A stretch of DNA of 64,000 bases from a virus (taxonomy: Duplodnaviria; Heunggongvirae; Uroviricota; Caudoviricetes). This document shows positions 16,659 through 26,357 of the stretch, in pieces; position 1 is the first letter of the stretch; each line of letters begins with the position of its first letter. The position numbers and the translations under genes are program-made. The notes beneath the pieces are model-generated. The model saw nothing but the letters and a program-made list of their open reading frames with translations. It was not told where the DNA came from and did no database searches. The stretch is taken from the IMG/VR virus record IMGVR_UViG_3300037466_002980, positions 298,811 through 362,810 of that record, one strand, 5' to 3'.

Positions 16659-17329
16659 ACCTCTCCCTCATATTTTAATCTGAATACAAGATAATCGTGT
16701 TCAGACTTAAAACGAATGCACCAATTGAATCTGCCATTTTGATTTAGGATAAAATTTAATTTTCCATTTAATTTTTCGACATTTTCAATTGCTTGTACGT
16801 CACTAATATATCTTTGGTTGAGTTCTTTTCTTAAACCATGGAAAAAGGATACATAGAGTGTTGAATAATCCCAAATTCTGATTTCCGACATATAATATAT
16901 ATTCTTATCATCTCGATAATCTTCTATCATACCGGCACGTTTCATTACACCCTGGCTTCTAAGATTTTCTAATCTTACCTGTCCGCGAACATATACACCT
17001 GTCTCATCAATTACCTTTCTTAAAGCTTCTGATGCATACTTATTTCCGCGATGTCGAATATCGATCCAATATCCAACTTCGCAATGTAACGTCTTATTTC
17101 TTAATTCAATTACACCTACAAATTCATTTGTATCAATTTTTCTAATTCCATGCATCTTATTTCCGTTTTCTATTGTAGAACGGATATAATCCTGAACGCT
17201 TTCAAGTGTGGCAGTTTCTGCCCAAATTAGATTTTTAAGATGAGGACGTGAGAAATCGACGCACTGATATACTTCGTGTGCATCCGATATTTCCAATTCA
17301 ACTAATTTTATTCTGTCCATTCTGTCCAT
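16643..17329 (-). CDS. RimJ/RimL-like GNAT N-acetyltransferase fused to a C-terminal family-motif module
   Basis: 'VGVIEL...HCEVGYWIDIRHRGNKYASEAL' of the Acetyltransf_3 type, plus C-terminal 'FKSEHDYLVFRLKYEG'. Confidence 0.5.
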   Translation of the reverse strand: MDRMDRIKLVELEISDAHEVYQCVDFSRPHLKNLIWAETATLESVQDYIRSTIENGNKMHGIRKIDTNEFVGVIELRNKTLHCEVGYWIDIRHRGNKYASEALRKVIDETGVYVRGQVRLENLRSQGVMKRAGMIEDYRDDKNIYYMSEIRIWDYSTLYVSFFHGLRKELNQRYISDVQAIENVEKLNGKLNFILNQNGRFNWCIRFKSEHDYLVFRLKYEGEVWTPQ

Positions 17330-17547
17330 TGTGAATATTTTAACTTAAACGCTAATTCATCTTCCTCTGTCTCGAAAACTATGTTTTGCATTGGAAATAG
17401 CATTAAACCTGGAAAAACAGTCTTAATGTGGTTTTCCTTCATCCATTTATTACGTTGTTTTATCCATTCTTCATCGTCATTAGCAGTGGCCTGATTAACA
17501 GGCTCAAGTTCATTCCACAGAATTCGTTGAAAGACCAGAAAGTTCAT
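17308..17547 (-). CDS. small protein of the terminal-motif family
   Basis: 'FETEEDELAFKLKYSQW'. Confidence 0.5.
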   Translation of the reverse strand: MNFLVFQRILWNELEPVNQATANDDEEWIKQRNKWMKENHIKTVFPGLMLFPMQNIVFETEEDELAFKLKYSQWTEWTE

Positions 17548-17787
17548 CTACTAAATTTCAATTTGAATGCAATTTCATCCTCTGGTGTTTCAAATTCAAA
17601 CATGCCATTAACTGTCCACTACCTTGGGCGTTCCTCACATCTAAATTTTAGTCCCGAAACACCGTGATAACATATGATTTTATTTTCATCAAACCAATTA
17701 AGTATAACCTTATGCTTTTCGTTTTCGGATCCATTAAGCAATCTGAAATTAATGCATTTGTGCATCGCGTCGCTAACAAATCCACCA

Positions 17788-18330
17788 TTAAGCATATTTG
17801 AATAATCTCATAAACCAGTTTGATTTTTTAGGCAATTCCGGCTTTTTTATTCTTGTTTTAATGTCGAGTATGGCCTTGACACGTCTAGATTTATGAAATC
17901 TTGTCCTTTCTTCATTTCTTAGTTGAAGTCTGTCATTCAATGTTTTAATAACTTCTTCCACTTCACGGTCGGAGAAGTAATGAAATAAATTTCGACTTAA
18001 TTCTTCTGCTGTTTCTTGGGTATCTAACTGATACGAGTCGATGCCGATGTCTTGAAGATAATCTCCCCTAGAAAGATCTAATCTATGTCTTAGCCTCGAA
18101 CGTTCGTGTATAATTTTTAGTCTTTCTGAAGAATAGAGATAAATTGTGGAAATTGTTTTTGATTTCCATTCTAGATTAGGTTCTTCGAGTTCTCTGCAAA
18201 AATATTGATAGGAATATACTTTCGTCTTCCAGAATTTCTTCTTTATCTCATAATGAGCATCTTCGACAAGTTTATCAATATATTCATTTACACGAATAAG
18301 CGCATTCTCAGCTTCTTTTTCAATATTCAT
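17788..18330 (-). CDS. hypothetical protein
   Basis: 180-aa ORF, rich in charged residues. Confidence 0.45.
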   Translation of the reverse strand: MNIEKEAENALIRVNEYIDKLVEDAHYEIKKKFWKTKVYSYQYFCRELEEPNLEWKSKTISTIYLYSSERLKIIHERSRLRHRLDLSRGDYLQDIGIDSYQLDTQETAEELSRNLFHYFSDREVEEVIKTLNDRLQLRNEERTRFHKSRRVKAILDIKTRIKKPELPKKSNWFMRLFKYA

Positions 18331-18545
18331 ATTAAGCCTTGATTGTGTGCTGCTTTCCAGGTTGTCTTAGTCAATCTCGGATATCGTAATTTGAATATAA
18401 TATATTCCGGTTCTGACAGATATAATGAAATTAAGATACTACCTCCGAGGATATCATAACAAATTGGAGGATGAGGAGTAGTAGCCTTTCTAAAGGCTGT
18501 ATCTTCCTCAGCTTTTTCAATTGGTATTAGATATTGGCAGAACAT
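18327..18545 (-). CDS. small protein of the terminal-motif family
   Basis: 'SEPEYIIFKLRYPRL'; ATGA overlap. Confidence 0.45.
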   Translation of the reverse strand: MFCQYLIPIEKAEEDTAFRKATTPHPPICYDILGGSILISLYLSEPEYIIFKLRYPRLTKTTWKAAHNQGLI

Positions 18546-18637
18546 ACTTAAAAAGTAGGGTTTATTTGGCCATGCCTACCTTATCCTTGCAGGGTAAATC
18601 TATTTTAAATGATTCCGATTTTTAAATCAAATACTCG

Positions 18638-19093
18638 TTAACGAGCACTACAAAGATATTCTTGACCTTCGACTTTGAATTCTTTTTCGAATTCTCTCGC
18701 AATCAAAGGAATACATATTCTAATAGAAAGACGTTCTTCAACTCTATCCCTGTCGTTGGTATAATATATACGATTAAGAATATAATATGACCTTCTTTCT
18801 GGCCTTTTAAAATCAAACCATTCAGCCACTTCTTGAAATTTAAAAGGAGGTAATTCGAATTCAAAATATCCCGGATTCAATTCATCTACGGGCAATTCTT
18901 CATCATAAGAAAAATCAACTTGATCTTTCCATGCAATTCGAAACATCATTGATAATTCATCTGTATAAATTATAATTCTCTTATCTCGATCCCATTCCTG
19001 AATTTTATAATCTCCATTATAATTTTTCAGCCAAGGTTCGGCTTGCTTGCAAAAATCACTGGAAACTATATAATAATGCCTTGTTTCGAGCAT
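18638..19093 (-). CDS. hypothetical protein; start trimmed to the internal ATG
   Basis: start at 19093 gives a TAA-G-ATG junction with the upstream gene; the longer ORF would overlap by 107 nt. Confidence 0.4.
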   Translation of the reverse strand: MLETRHYYIVSSDFCKQAEPWLKNYNGDYKIQEWDRDKRIIIYTDELSMMFRIAWKDQVDFSYDEELPVDELNPGYFEFELPPFKFQEVAEWFDFKRPERRSYYILNRIYYTNDRDRVEERLSIRICIPLIAREFEKEFKVEGQEYLCSAR

Positions 19094-19094
19094 C

Positions 19095-19424
19095 TTAATC
19101 TTGCCAATCAGGATCTCGAACCAAATCAAATTCAGATTCAAGAAATTGCCATTTTTCGGGTCGATATCTTCCTCTAGAATCAGAATAATACCATTGCACA
19201 CCTCTTCTCAATGCAAACTGTAACCAAATTATGATCGTTTCATCGTTTGATAATCTTGTCGGCCACCAAATGAATTTTCGATGCCATTTAGAAAGGCGAT
19301 TCATCCTTTCTTTTTCTTTCTGTACTTTTGTAAGTTTTTTAAATTTCATATTAAATCTTTCCACGAAGTGCGTTCGCTGTATCTTCTTCACTAATTTCAG
19401 AATATCTAGGAATTTCAGGATCAT
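19095..19424 (-). CDS. hypothetical basic protein
   Basis: 109-aa ORF. Confidence 0.4.
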   Translation of the reverse strand: MILKFLDILKLVKKIQRTHFVERFNMKFKKLTKVQKEKERMNRLSKWHRKFIWWPTRLSNDETIIIWLQFALRRGVQWYYSDSRGRYRPEKWQFLESEFDLVRDPDWQD

Positions 19425-19677
19425 GCCTTCCGTTCAACCAACGACTAATTTTCTTATTATATAATTCCGAAGATTTAACATAATCATTCATCATATCTTC
19501 GGGAACCGAAAGCACACCTGAGATATTTTCAATTTTTCTTCTTCCAGACGAAGATTCTAGAAGATGAATATAGATTACCAAATTTGTCTGTTTGCTTCCG
19601 TGTCTAACTTTCGCAGGTAACTCTAATACCTTAACTTCGACAAATTTTTCTTTCTTAAAGAGATTTAAGATGCCCAT
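19351..19677 (-). CDS. hypothetical protein
   Basis: 108-aa ORF; its N-terminus may be shorter than the track shows. Confidence 0.4.
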   Translation of the reverse strand: MGILNLFKKEKFVEVKVLELPAKVRHGSKQTNLVIYIHLLESSSGRRKIENISGVLSVPEDMMNDYVKSSELYNKKISRWLNGRHDPEIPRYSEISEEDTANALRGKI

Positions 19678-19686
19678 TTTTGTTCC

Positions 19687-19893
19687 TTAGAGTAAAGAAA
19701 GTAAGAAGAAAATGATTGTCACAGCAATCTTAATCAGAAGGGTAACTATTGCAAGGAATGCTCCACCAAAGAACATTGCTCCGAATATATTTTCATAGGT
19801 TCCGATTTTGTTTATAACGATAACACCAATTACCGCACAGATAACACAAAACAGAAAAATCCAAAACCAAAGCCAAATCATAATCAACCCCAT
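19687..19893 (-). CDS. small integral membrane protein with two transmembrane helices
   Basis: two long hydrophobic stretches across 68 aa. Confidence 0.45.
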   Translation of the reverse strand: MGLIMIWLWFWIFLFCVICAVIGVIVINKIGTYENIFGAMFFGGAFLAIVTLLIKIAVTIIFFLLSLL

Positions 19894-20108
19894 TTGAGTT
19901 TAAACATTATCGCATCTTCTTCATTGCGAAATCGAAATTCGTTTCGAACAGTTACAGATTTCCACCAACGACAATCTCCACGCGGATTTTGATTTAAACA
20001 CCAACCAAAATTTTCATCTAACCATTTGTATATATTCACAATATGGTCATAATAGTTGGTTGAATTTATCCTAACTACATGAGGAAAATCTTCAGAATAG
20101 GTGCCCAT
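19884..20108 (-). CDS. small protein of the terminal-motif family
   Basis: 'FRNEEDAIMFKLKWG' at the C-terminus. Confidence 0.5.
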   Translation of the reverse strand: MGTYSEDFPHVVRINSTNYYDHIVNIYKWLDENFGWCLNQNPRGDCRWWKSVTVRNEFRFRNEEDAIMFKLKWG

Positions 20109-20850
20109 ATTTCATTTCATAGGCTAACCTATCCTCTGCGTTTTTAAATGTATATGGAACCAATTTCTTTCTTATGTCTTGTCTTCCATATACCTTTCTA
20201 GGTAGAAGAGGATTCGGTGTACATGTATCATCCTCAATCTCAATTGGTACGAATGAAATTCTAATAAAAGTACGTTTCGTGCCGTCGGGAATTTTTGGCC
20301 TGCGATGCACCACATATGGATCGATAAGATACAGATATTTGTATCTGCATTCAACAATATTCGATTCCTTTGCCCTACTCTGGAAAAAAGTATGAATATT
20401 ATGTTTCATCGGATCAAAATCATCCGGCAATTTAAATTTTTGATTTAGTAATTGGGTTGTATATTTGTTGTTGGTCCAGATATAATTCTGTTCTGGAACA
20501 TGTGGAACTCTCATTGAGAAGCCATCCACGTGCCATTCATCATCTGTAACAGAAGTGACTTCACCGTGCCTTACCGTCACATAGATATATGGTTGTTCAT
20601 TGCGAAGGAAATAGTTACGAAGTATCCTTATAGTTTTCAATTCTTCCCTCATCCATTCCAATTCTGGAGGAATAACTAATTCGCCATCTGTTTCCGGTGA
20701 GTACACCATCATTCTAAGAATATATTGCGGTTCTTTTGGAATATTTTCAAAATCAAATGTAAAACATGTTTCACTGAACGTTGCCTTCTCGAAGATAGAA
20801 GGATCTAAGAGATGTGAAGCGCGTTCGTAGATGTTCATGATTTTTTCCAA
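20092..20850 (-). CDS. 252-aa hypothetical protein ending in the family motif
   Basis: C-terminal 'FKNAEDRLAYEMKYGHLF'. Confidence 0.5.
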   Translation of the reverse strand: MEKIMNIYERASHLLDPSIFEKATFSETCFTFDFENIPKEPQYILRMMVYSPETDGELVIPPELEWMREELKTIRILRNYFLRNEQPYIYVTVRHGEVTSVTDDEWHVDGFSMRVPHVPEQNYIWTNNKYTTQLLNQKFKLPDDFDPMKHNIHTFFQSRAKESNIVECRYKYLYLIDPYVVHRRPKIPDGTKRTFIRISFVPIEIEDDTCTPNPLLPRKVYGRQDIRKKLVPYTFKNAEDRLAYEMKYGHLF

Positions 20851-21071
20851 CGCACTTCCATATTTTCAACAAATATACGAAAATCGTTTAAACGATCTTC
20901 AACTGGCTTCGAAGTAATAACACCAGTTTGATATCGGCCTTTGAAAACATAATTAGCCCACGAGTTTCTCGAAGATATTTTAAAGAACTTATATCTTCCA
21001 TCATTGCATCTGGTTTTATAGATACGCTCAAGAAGAGAAGAGAATTCTTTGTTAAGTTCAAAGGGATCCAT
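20835..21071 (-). CDS. hypothetical protein
   Basis: 78-aa ORF. Confidence 0.4.
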   Translation of the reverse strand: MDPFELNKEFSSLLERIYKTRCNDGRYKFFKISSRNSWANYVFKGRYQTGVITSKPVEDRLNDFRIFVENMEVRWKKS

Positions 21072-21432
21072 TTTTACACTTATCGTGATTATGAAATTGA
21101 TTAGAAAAGAAGAAATTCCTTAATTTAAAAATTATAATTCGAATTCTTAGAAGAAAGAATGTCGAATGGAATTTAATTCTATTCTTAATTTTCCACGAAA
21201 TAGTTTCATCGGGTAGCTTTTCGATCACCCTAAGAACTTTGCTCGCTGCATTATATATCTGAACTTCGATTTTGAATCTCTGTCCTTCCTTGACAGTTGT
21301 TATATCAACGTTAGGTGTATTTTTATTAAAAGAATATTTTCGTCTTTCGTTATCATAAAGATAAACCAACTCAAACATAGGAATACAGGCTTCAACCGTA
21401 GCCTCAATTTCAATTATTTCGTCGGTTATCAT
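21058..21432 (-). CDS. hypothetical protein
   Basis: 124-aa ORF. Confidence 0.4.
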   Translation of the reverse strand: MITDEIIEIEATVEACIPMFELVYLYDNERRKYSFNKNTPNVDITTVKEGQRFKIEVQIYNAASKVLRVIEKLPDETISWKIKNRIKFHSTFFLLRIRIIIFKLRNFFFSNQFHNHDKCKNGSL

Positions 21433-21438
21433 AGATAT

Positions 21439-21515
<77 letters not shown>

Positions 21516-21902
21516 AAAATTCTTAATTGAAGAATCCGGTCAGGACAGGGATATAAATTGTGGCGTAAAATTCCCAATTGGGAGTATATGCAAGCCAGCA
21601 ATTGATTACATCCAAAATCATTTCTTTAAAGGATTGGTCCATAAGTTACCCCTTTTGATTATTATACTAATCTTCCTTTGTATCGTCAAACGGCTTTATT
21701 GAATTCTTTCAATTGTTCCAGATGTCTCTTATGTACCTTCATTAAATAGTATAAGGCAATAAGTTTAATTCCGATAAGGATGGCAACTGCAATTTCAGCG
21801 ATTAACATATCTTTCTTTCACCATTGCGGGGTTTTCTTGGGCTTCTTATAATGAGGAAGTTTCTGGTCGCCTGGTGGTCCATTTGGCTTTGGATCATCTG
21901 TG

Positions 21903-22079
21903 TTATTCATCGTGCTCTTCTCCATAAGTTCTTTTATCTTCAAGTATATCGTTTTCAATTTCTAGCTTTCTAGCCTTTTCATGCAGGATTTCGGCAAATC
22001 CCGAGATAAGGTCTCCGAAAATTCCCTGAATTATCATGGATAATAGAATAGTAAAAGCTATTATGAATAGATATATCAT
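21903..22079 (-). CDS. 58-aa mini membrane protein
   Basis: 'MIYLFIIAFTILLSMIIQGIFGDLISGF...'; TAA-ATG junction with the upstream gene; two more tiny ORFs with transmembrane segments (30 and 40 aa) follow. Confidence 0.35.
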   Translation of the reverse strand: MIYLFIIAFTILLSMIIQGIFGDLISGFAEILHEKARKLEIENDILEDKRTYGEEHDE

Positions 22080-22277
22080 TTACATTTCATTGCCGATCGG
22101 TTCCCAATCCATTACTAATTCGTGATGCGTTTCGGGATTAAATCGTTCTAACAATTCCGTTAGTGATGGACGCTTCTGTCTATAAGGAATATCTTCATTG
22201 TATTCGATATCTCCTTGTATTTCATCGAGTTTTGCATCAATTGCTTCACGAGATCTATATTTCGAATAGGTGGTCAT
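22080..22277 (-). CDS. hypothetical protein
   Basis: 65-aa ORF. Confidence 0.4.
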   Translation of the reverse strand: MTTYSKYRSREAIDAKLDEIQGDIEYNEDIPYRQKRPSLTELLERFNPETHHELVMDWEPIGNEM

Positions 22278-22332
22278 ACCTTATACCTCCATAAGTATAA
22301 ACTAACTAAAAGAAAATATCAATGAACTTTGG

Positions 22333-22764
22333 TTATTTCTTATTTTCACATAAGAGCTTATAGGAAAATGAATCTTTCTTTACAGCCCTGGGTCCATCCG
22401 CATCCTCGTATTTATGAGAATAGACTGGTGGATTTTTTCCATCTGGCATTTTCTCTGAGAAAAACATTATAAATGAATTTATATATTCGCCTGTTTCACA
22501 ATCCATGATTACCCTTGTAATTTCGGATTGAACTGGGAGAGTTGTTTCCTTACTAAGTGGAATTGGTTTATCGAATGTTGAAAGAAACCATCCAATTGCT
22601 AATTTCGATCCATTATTGTCAACTGTGGTGATTGATTCGGGATCATAATAGAATGACATTCCTGAATTGTTTGGAATATCAATTGGTTTCCAATTTACGG
22701 TGGCAAAGGATGAAATAGAGGAAAAGATAAGAACTGATGAAATAAGAAGACCTTTTAGGTTCAT
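22333..22764 (-). CDS. secreted hypothetical protein with a signal peptide
   Basis: N-terminal 'MNLKGLLISSVLIFSSISSFATV'. Confidence 0.5.
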   Translation of the reverse strand: MNLKGLLISSVLIFSSISSFATVNWKPIDIPNNSGMSFYYDPESITTVDNNGSKLAIGWFLSTFDKPIPLSKETTLPVQSEITRVIMDCETGEYINSFIMFFSEKMPDGKNPPVYSHKYEDADGPRAVKKDSFSYKLLCENKK

Positions 22765-22780
22765 TGAATACCTCGGTAAG

Positions 22781-23017
22781 TTAAGTGGTAATTAAATTAT
22801 CCACTTTATTACTTACCATTTTAATTTCAATATGTGGGTATTTTACCAAAAGGAAACTTATATCATCTTCCTCCATTGCCATTTGATATTTTCTATATTC
22901 GTAACCACCACTAATAAAATAATCTAAAAATTTAATATCAATTGCACGTGAATTTACAAAATATTCTAATTTCTCGGCATCTTTTCGAACACGACAGATA
23001 AGAATGAAGGTAATCAT
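22781..23017 (-). CDS. small protein of the terminal-motif family
   Basis: 'MEEDDISFLLVKYPHIEI'. Confidence 0.45.
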   Translation of the reverse strand: MITFILICRVRKDAEKLEYFVNSRAIDIKFLDYFISGGYEYRKYQMAMEEDDISFLLVKYPHIEIKMVSNKVDNLITT

Positions 23018-23250
23018 TAAATCTTCACAACATTATTATTGAAATCTCCGGACAATCGGATCAACATTTCTTCTTCGGAGTTGAGAGAAATATAATATCG
23101 ATAAGTCCCAAATCCCGGATTAACTTTGGATTCAATAACAAGCCTTGAATCATTGGAGAATCTTGAGATTCCTAAATCGTGTAATAGATCTAGGAATCTC
23201 AATCTCTTTTCGAATTCGGTATTATCGAATTCGAAACAACAGATGTTCAT
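23017..23250 (-). CDS. small hypothetical protein
   Basis: 77-aa ORF; 'NSEEEMLIRLSGDF'. Confidence 0.4.
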   Translation of the reverse strand: MNICCFEFDNTEFEKRLRFLDLLHDLGISRFSNDSRLVIESKVNPGFGTYRYYISLNSEEEMLIRLSGDFNNNVVKI

Positions 23251-23579
23251 GGGGTTGCGGAAGGAACTCCGGGAGTACCGGGAGGAACAATCACAGTGAT
23301 CTTTGTGGTGTGTCGATCAAGACGTTCCTGTTCTTCCTTTTGTTCTTCTTCGGTACGTTCGCGTCGGATTTTCACTGAGTTGCCCATTCCCATGCGGAAA
23401 GTAAGGCAACATTCCGAATCCATTTCCACAATGGCTTCTTTATTGGAATATCGAGGATTTTCGGAATCAACTGGAGCAGGTTCCTTGATAACCTTGTACT
23501 CGGTTTCATCGAGACGATTTAGGATCGAGCGAAATTTGCCTTCATCGCGCGGATCAAAGGTAAAGGTATAATTCGGCAT
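23247..23579 (-). CDS. hypothetical protein
   Basis: 110-aa ORF; GC-richer; ATGA overlap. Confidence 0.45.
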   Translation of the reverse strand: MPNYTFTFDPRDEGKFRSILNRLDETEYKVIKEPAPVDSENPRYSNKEAIVEMDSECCLTFRMGMGNSVKIRRERTEEEQKEEQERLDRHTTKITVIVPPGTPGVPSATP

Positions 23580-23636
23580 GTGATATCACCTATTAAAAAC
23601 AATCATTATTTTACTAAATTTTCAACAACTTGTCTA

Positions 23637-23831
23637 TTAAATTTTCTGGACGGTGCCTAGAAATAATCGAAGGCATAATTCTTGATATGCATCGAAACAT
23701 ACGACCATAAAAAGATGTTTTCCAGGTCCATACAATTTGTTAAGTCGATAGTTGATATTATTTCTGTTTAAGAAATTTTCAATATCCTCAGATTTTTCAA
23801 TATCAGATTTAAAGATCATCCTATTTTTCAT
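23637..23831 (-). CDS. hypothetical protein
   Basis: 64-aa ORF. Confidence 0.4.
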   Translation of the reverse strand: MKNRMIFKSDIEKSEDIENFLNRNNINYRLNKLYGPGKHLFMVVCFDAYQELCLRLFLGTVQKI

Positions 23832-24025
23832 TTCAGACTTTCGAAAGGAATTTTAAAACCAAGCTGGTTGTATATTTCTTTTTCCAGCCTAACACAAACT
23901 CTAAGAAATCTTTCCGATTGAATCAATTGATAGGAAATCCTATTCTGCACAAAGAAGTGTAGAAGTTTCAACCAATCTAGCGGATCGATAACAATTTCAA
24001 TATTCTTTATTACCTTTGTGTTCAT
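23828..24025 (-). CDS. hypothetical protein
   Basis: 65-aa ORF. Confidence 0.4.
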   Translation of the reverse strand: MNTKVIKNIEIVIDPLDWLKLLHFFVQNRISYQLIQSERFLRVCVRLEKEIYNQLGFKIPFESLK

Positions 24026-24185
24026 ATTGAGGATATTTCAAACGAAGATATAAAATAGTTTCGGGATTCTCAATTTCGTATTCTGTTAGTATGCCCCATA
24101 TTATTCTACGATTGGCAGAAGATAAAGAACTGAATTCTTTTATTAATTCTTTATCTCTTGTTGGAATTACAAATTTAACCAACAT
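23997..24185 (-). CDS. small protein of the terminal-motif family
   Basis: 'ILYLRLKYPQYEHK'. Confidence 0.45.
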   Translation of the reverse strand: MLVKFVIPTRDKELIKEFSSLSSANRRIIWGILTEYEIENPETILYLRLKYPQYEHKGNKEY

Positions 24186-24963
24186 CTTTAATTAGTCTTT
24201 CTGCATCGGGAATTCTTGTATGTGTATTCTTGCTACCAAGTAGGATAACAATTCTTCTTCCAATTTCAGTCTGTACAATCATTAGGAGACATCCACCAGC
24301 AGGATTAGTGAATCCTGTTTTAGAAAGAAGTACCGCAATTCTAGCTGTAAGCGGATTGGTGTTGTTAACGTGAATTTTCTTATTCTCAGCAACAATTTCC
24401 GCATTTGGCATTCTGGAGATTTCGCCAATTATTTCTTTTCCTGCTGCCGCCTGTATAAGTTTAAGAAGATCGCGAGCAGTGCTAACATTTTCTTTGCTCA
24501 ATCCGGTAGGTTCAACATAATGGGTATTTGCCATTCCGAGTTCGTTCGCTTTGCTATTCATTCTATCAATACAATCATTAAGATTGTTACATAGAATTTG
24601 GGCTGCAAAGTTATCGGATTTTACCAGTGCTAGTGTAAGCAATTCCCTTCGTGTAAGGAAATGAACACTTTGTGGAATACTACTATGAACAGTTCTTGTT
24701 TTAGGAATTTCAATTCTTTCACTAAGATCTTGATCTGAAACAAGAAGTGCTAACATTAATTTGGAGATGGAAGCAATAGGTCTTACTGTATCACTATCCT
24801 GTTCTTTGATTATCTGTCCAGTTTCATCTGCGACAAGAAAGCTTCTTGTACTAAAGACAGGTTTGGAAGGTGTATATCGATGATGATGCCTTCCATGTGC
24901 GAAGGCCGGAATTGTAAATATTGAAGCTATCGCAGCAGCGACAACGATCTTCACCATTGACAT
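24175..24963 (-). CDS. D-alanyl-D-alanine carboxypeptidase/endopeptidase of peptidase family S11 (PBP5/PBP7-like), with a signal peptide
   Basis: SxxK 'SISKLM', SxN 'KSDNF' and KTG 'SKTGFT' motifs; signal peptide 'MSMVKIVVAAAIASIFTIPAFA' (the ORF track start at 24993 is probably too far upstream). Confidence 0.6.
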   Translation of the reverse strand: MSMVKIVVAAAIASIFTIPAFAHGRHHHRYTPSKPVFSTRSFLVADETGQIIKEQDSDTVRPIASISKLMLALLVSDQDLSERIEIPKTRTVHSSIPQSVHFLTRRELLTLALVKSDNFAAQILCNNLNDCIDRMNSKANELGMANTHYVEPTGLSKENVSTARDLLKLIQAAAGKEIIGEISRMPNAEIVAENKKIHVNNTNPLTARIAVLLSKTGFTNPAGGCLLMIVQTEIGRRIVILLGSKNTHTRIPDAERLIKDVG

Positions 24964-24976
24964 AGTATAATATATA

Positions 24977-25342
24977 TCATGTGTCAAGGTCAAAGGTTTT
25001 TGGAATATAGTATCTAATGAATAGATTCTTCTTCACTTCAAAATCCTCATCGGGTCCAAGATTTTGAGTTATGCAGGTTTGCCAAGAAGCTAATATGTTA
25101 TTAGAGATAATACAGAATGCGGTTAAATCCACTTCTTCAATTATATATTCTCTTCGTAATTGTCTGGCTACAAATGGATGTTCATTAGTGGTTTTAGAAA
25201 TAATAGTCCAAACTTTTCCCTTCTGCGAATAATTTTCAAGAAACCTAAATTCTTGATCGGTAAGTAATTGCCAACTTCTTAGAATTAGACTTACTTCTTC
25301 CATTAATTGCCTGTAATGAGCCCCACATCGGGCGGTTGCCAA
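24977..25342 (-). CDS. hypothetical protein
   Basis: 121-aa ORF. Confidence 0.4.
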   Translation of the reverse strand: MATARCGAHYRQLMEEVSLILRSWQLLTDQEFRFLENYSQKGKVWTIISKTTNEHPFVARQLRREYIIEEVDLTAFCIISNNILASWQTCITQNLGPDEDFEVKKNLFIRYYIPKTFDLDT

Positions 25343-25698
25343 AGTGGCATACCCGAAACCGGACCGTAGGTTTTTACAGGAAGTTGAAGTGTGGTTCCGT
25401 CATCAATTCGAAAACTAAGATATCCCTGCCTATCACTATTATCGAGATAGTTATCTAATATTTTCACCATGAAGGTACCTTGCGTACTATCAGGATATAA
25501 TATTAGATTTCTTGTTTCGATTAAGACAGATGCGGGATTGCGTGGATACCAATTTACAGAAACAATCCTGTCGAGATTTGCACCATTGACTTTATAAAAA
25601 TTGGACACTCCGGTTGTGATTACCAATCCAACAAAATCGCTCCCATTATAGATACTACCTGGAAGAAGATTTACTGAAGAGATAACAACGGAGGACAT
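25303..25698 (-). CDS. hypothetical protein
   Basis: 131-aa ORF. Confidence 0.4.
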   Translation of the reverse strand: MSSVVISSVNLLPGSIYNGSDFVGLVITTGVSNFYKVNGANLDRIVSVNWYPRNPASVLIETRNLILYPDSTQGTFMVKILDNYLDNSDRQGYLSFRIDDGTTLQLPVKTYGPVSGMPLWQPPDVGLITGN

Positions 25699-25708
25699 AA
25701 CATATTTA

Positions 25709-25957
25709 TCATGTCTTTCTGTATTTGTTTTTCAGATCATCGGAAATATAGGATATTGCCATCCTATCAGAGAGATATTTGTTCTGCATGGAAATCAGAG
25801 TAGCCAATTGTGCTTCCATACGGCATCCGAATACATGCGGATATTCTCCCATTACAGTAAGAGATATTATCTTCTCATTTGTTAGATACTTTTTTAATTC
25901 ATCTAACACTTCTTCACGATCGGTGCATATAAAATGTACGAAAACTTCTTCATTCAT
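25709..25957 (-). CDS. hypothetical protein
   Basis: 82-aa ORF. Confidence 0.4.
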   Translation of the reverse strand: MNEEVFVHFICTDREEVLDELKKYLTNEKIISLTVMGEYPHVFGCRMEAQLATLISMQNKYLSDRMAISYISDDLKNKYRKT

Positions 25958-26268
25958 ACAATTAAAACTTCCGAATATACCACCCTAATTAGTTTATCAT
26001 TTATTTTCTGACACGCAGGTGCATAATTTATTCTGTTTATCTGAATGGTATTAATTTCTAATGTATCTAAAATTTCTTGGCAGGTAACAGGACCTTTGAG
26101 TATGAAATCTATATTAACTTTCTTGCCATTAACATTGGTATGAATATCTTCGATATTCATTAAAATTCTTTCTTCTTTATTAATAACTATATATTCGTAT
26201 ATTGAAAATATCGAAGCAATAACTAAAAAACTCACCAGAATTAATATTGCAATTTCTTTGATTTTCAT
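25954..26268 (-). CDS. membrane-anchored hypothetical protein
   Basis: N-terminal transmembrane segment 'ILILVSFLVIASIFSIYEYIV'. Confidence 0.45.
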   Translation of the reverse strand: MKIKEIAILILVSFLVIASIFSIYEYIVINKEERILMNIEDIHTNVNGKKVNIDFILKGPVTCQEILDTLEINTIQINRINYAPACQKINDKLIRVVYSEVLIV

Positions 26269-26357
26269 GGTAACTGACCTTCATTGATTGTTTATTATAC
26301 AATCTGTTATAATCTATCGTCAAGGTACGGTAAATAATTAAACAAGGGTTTTAATAA

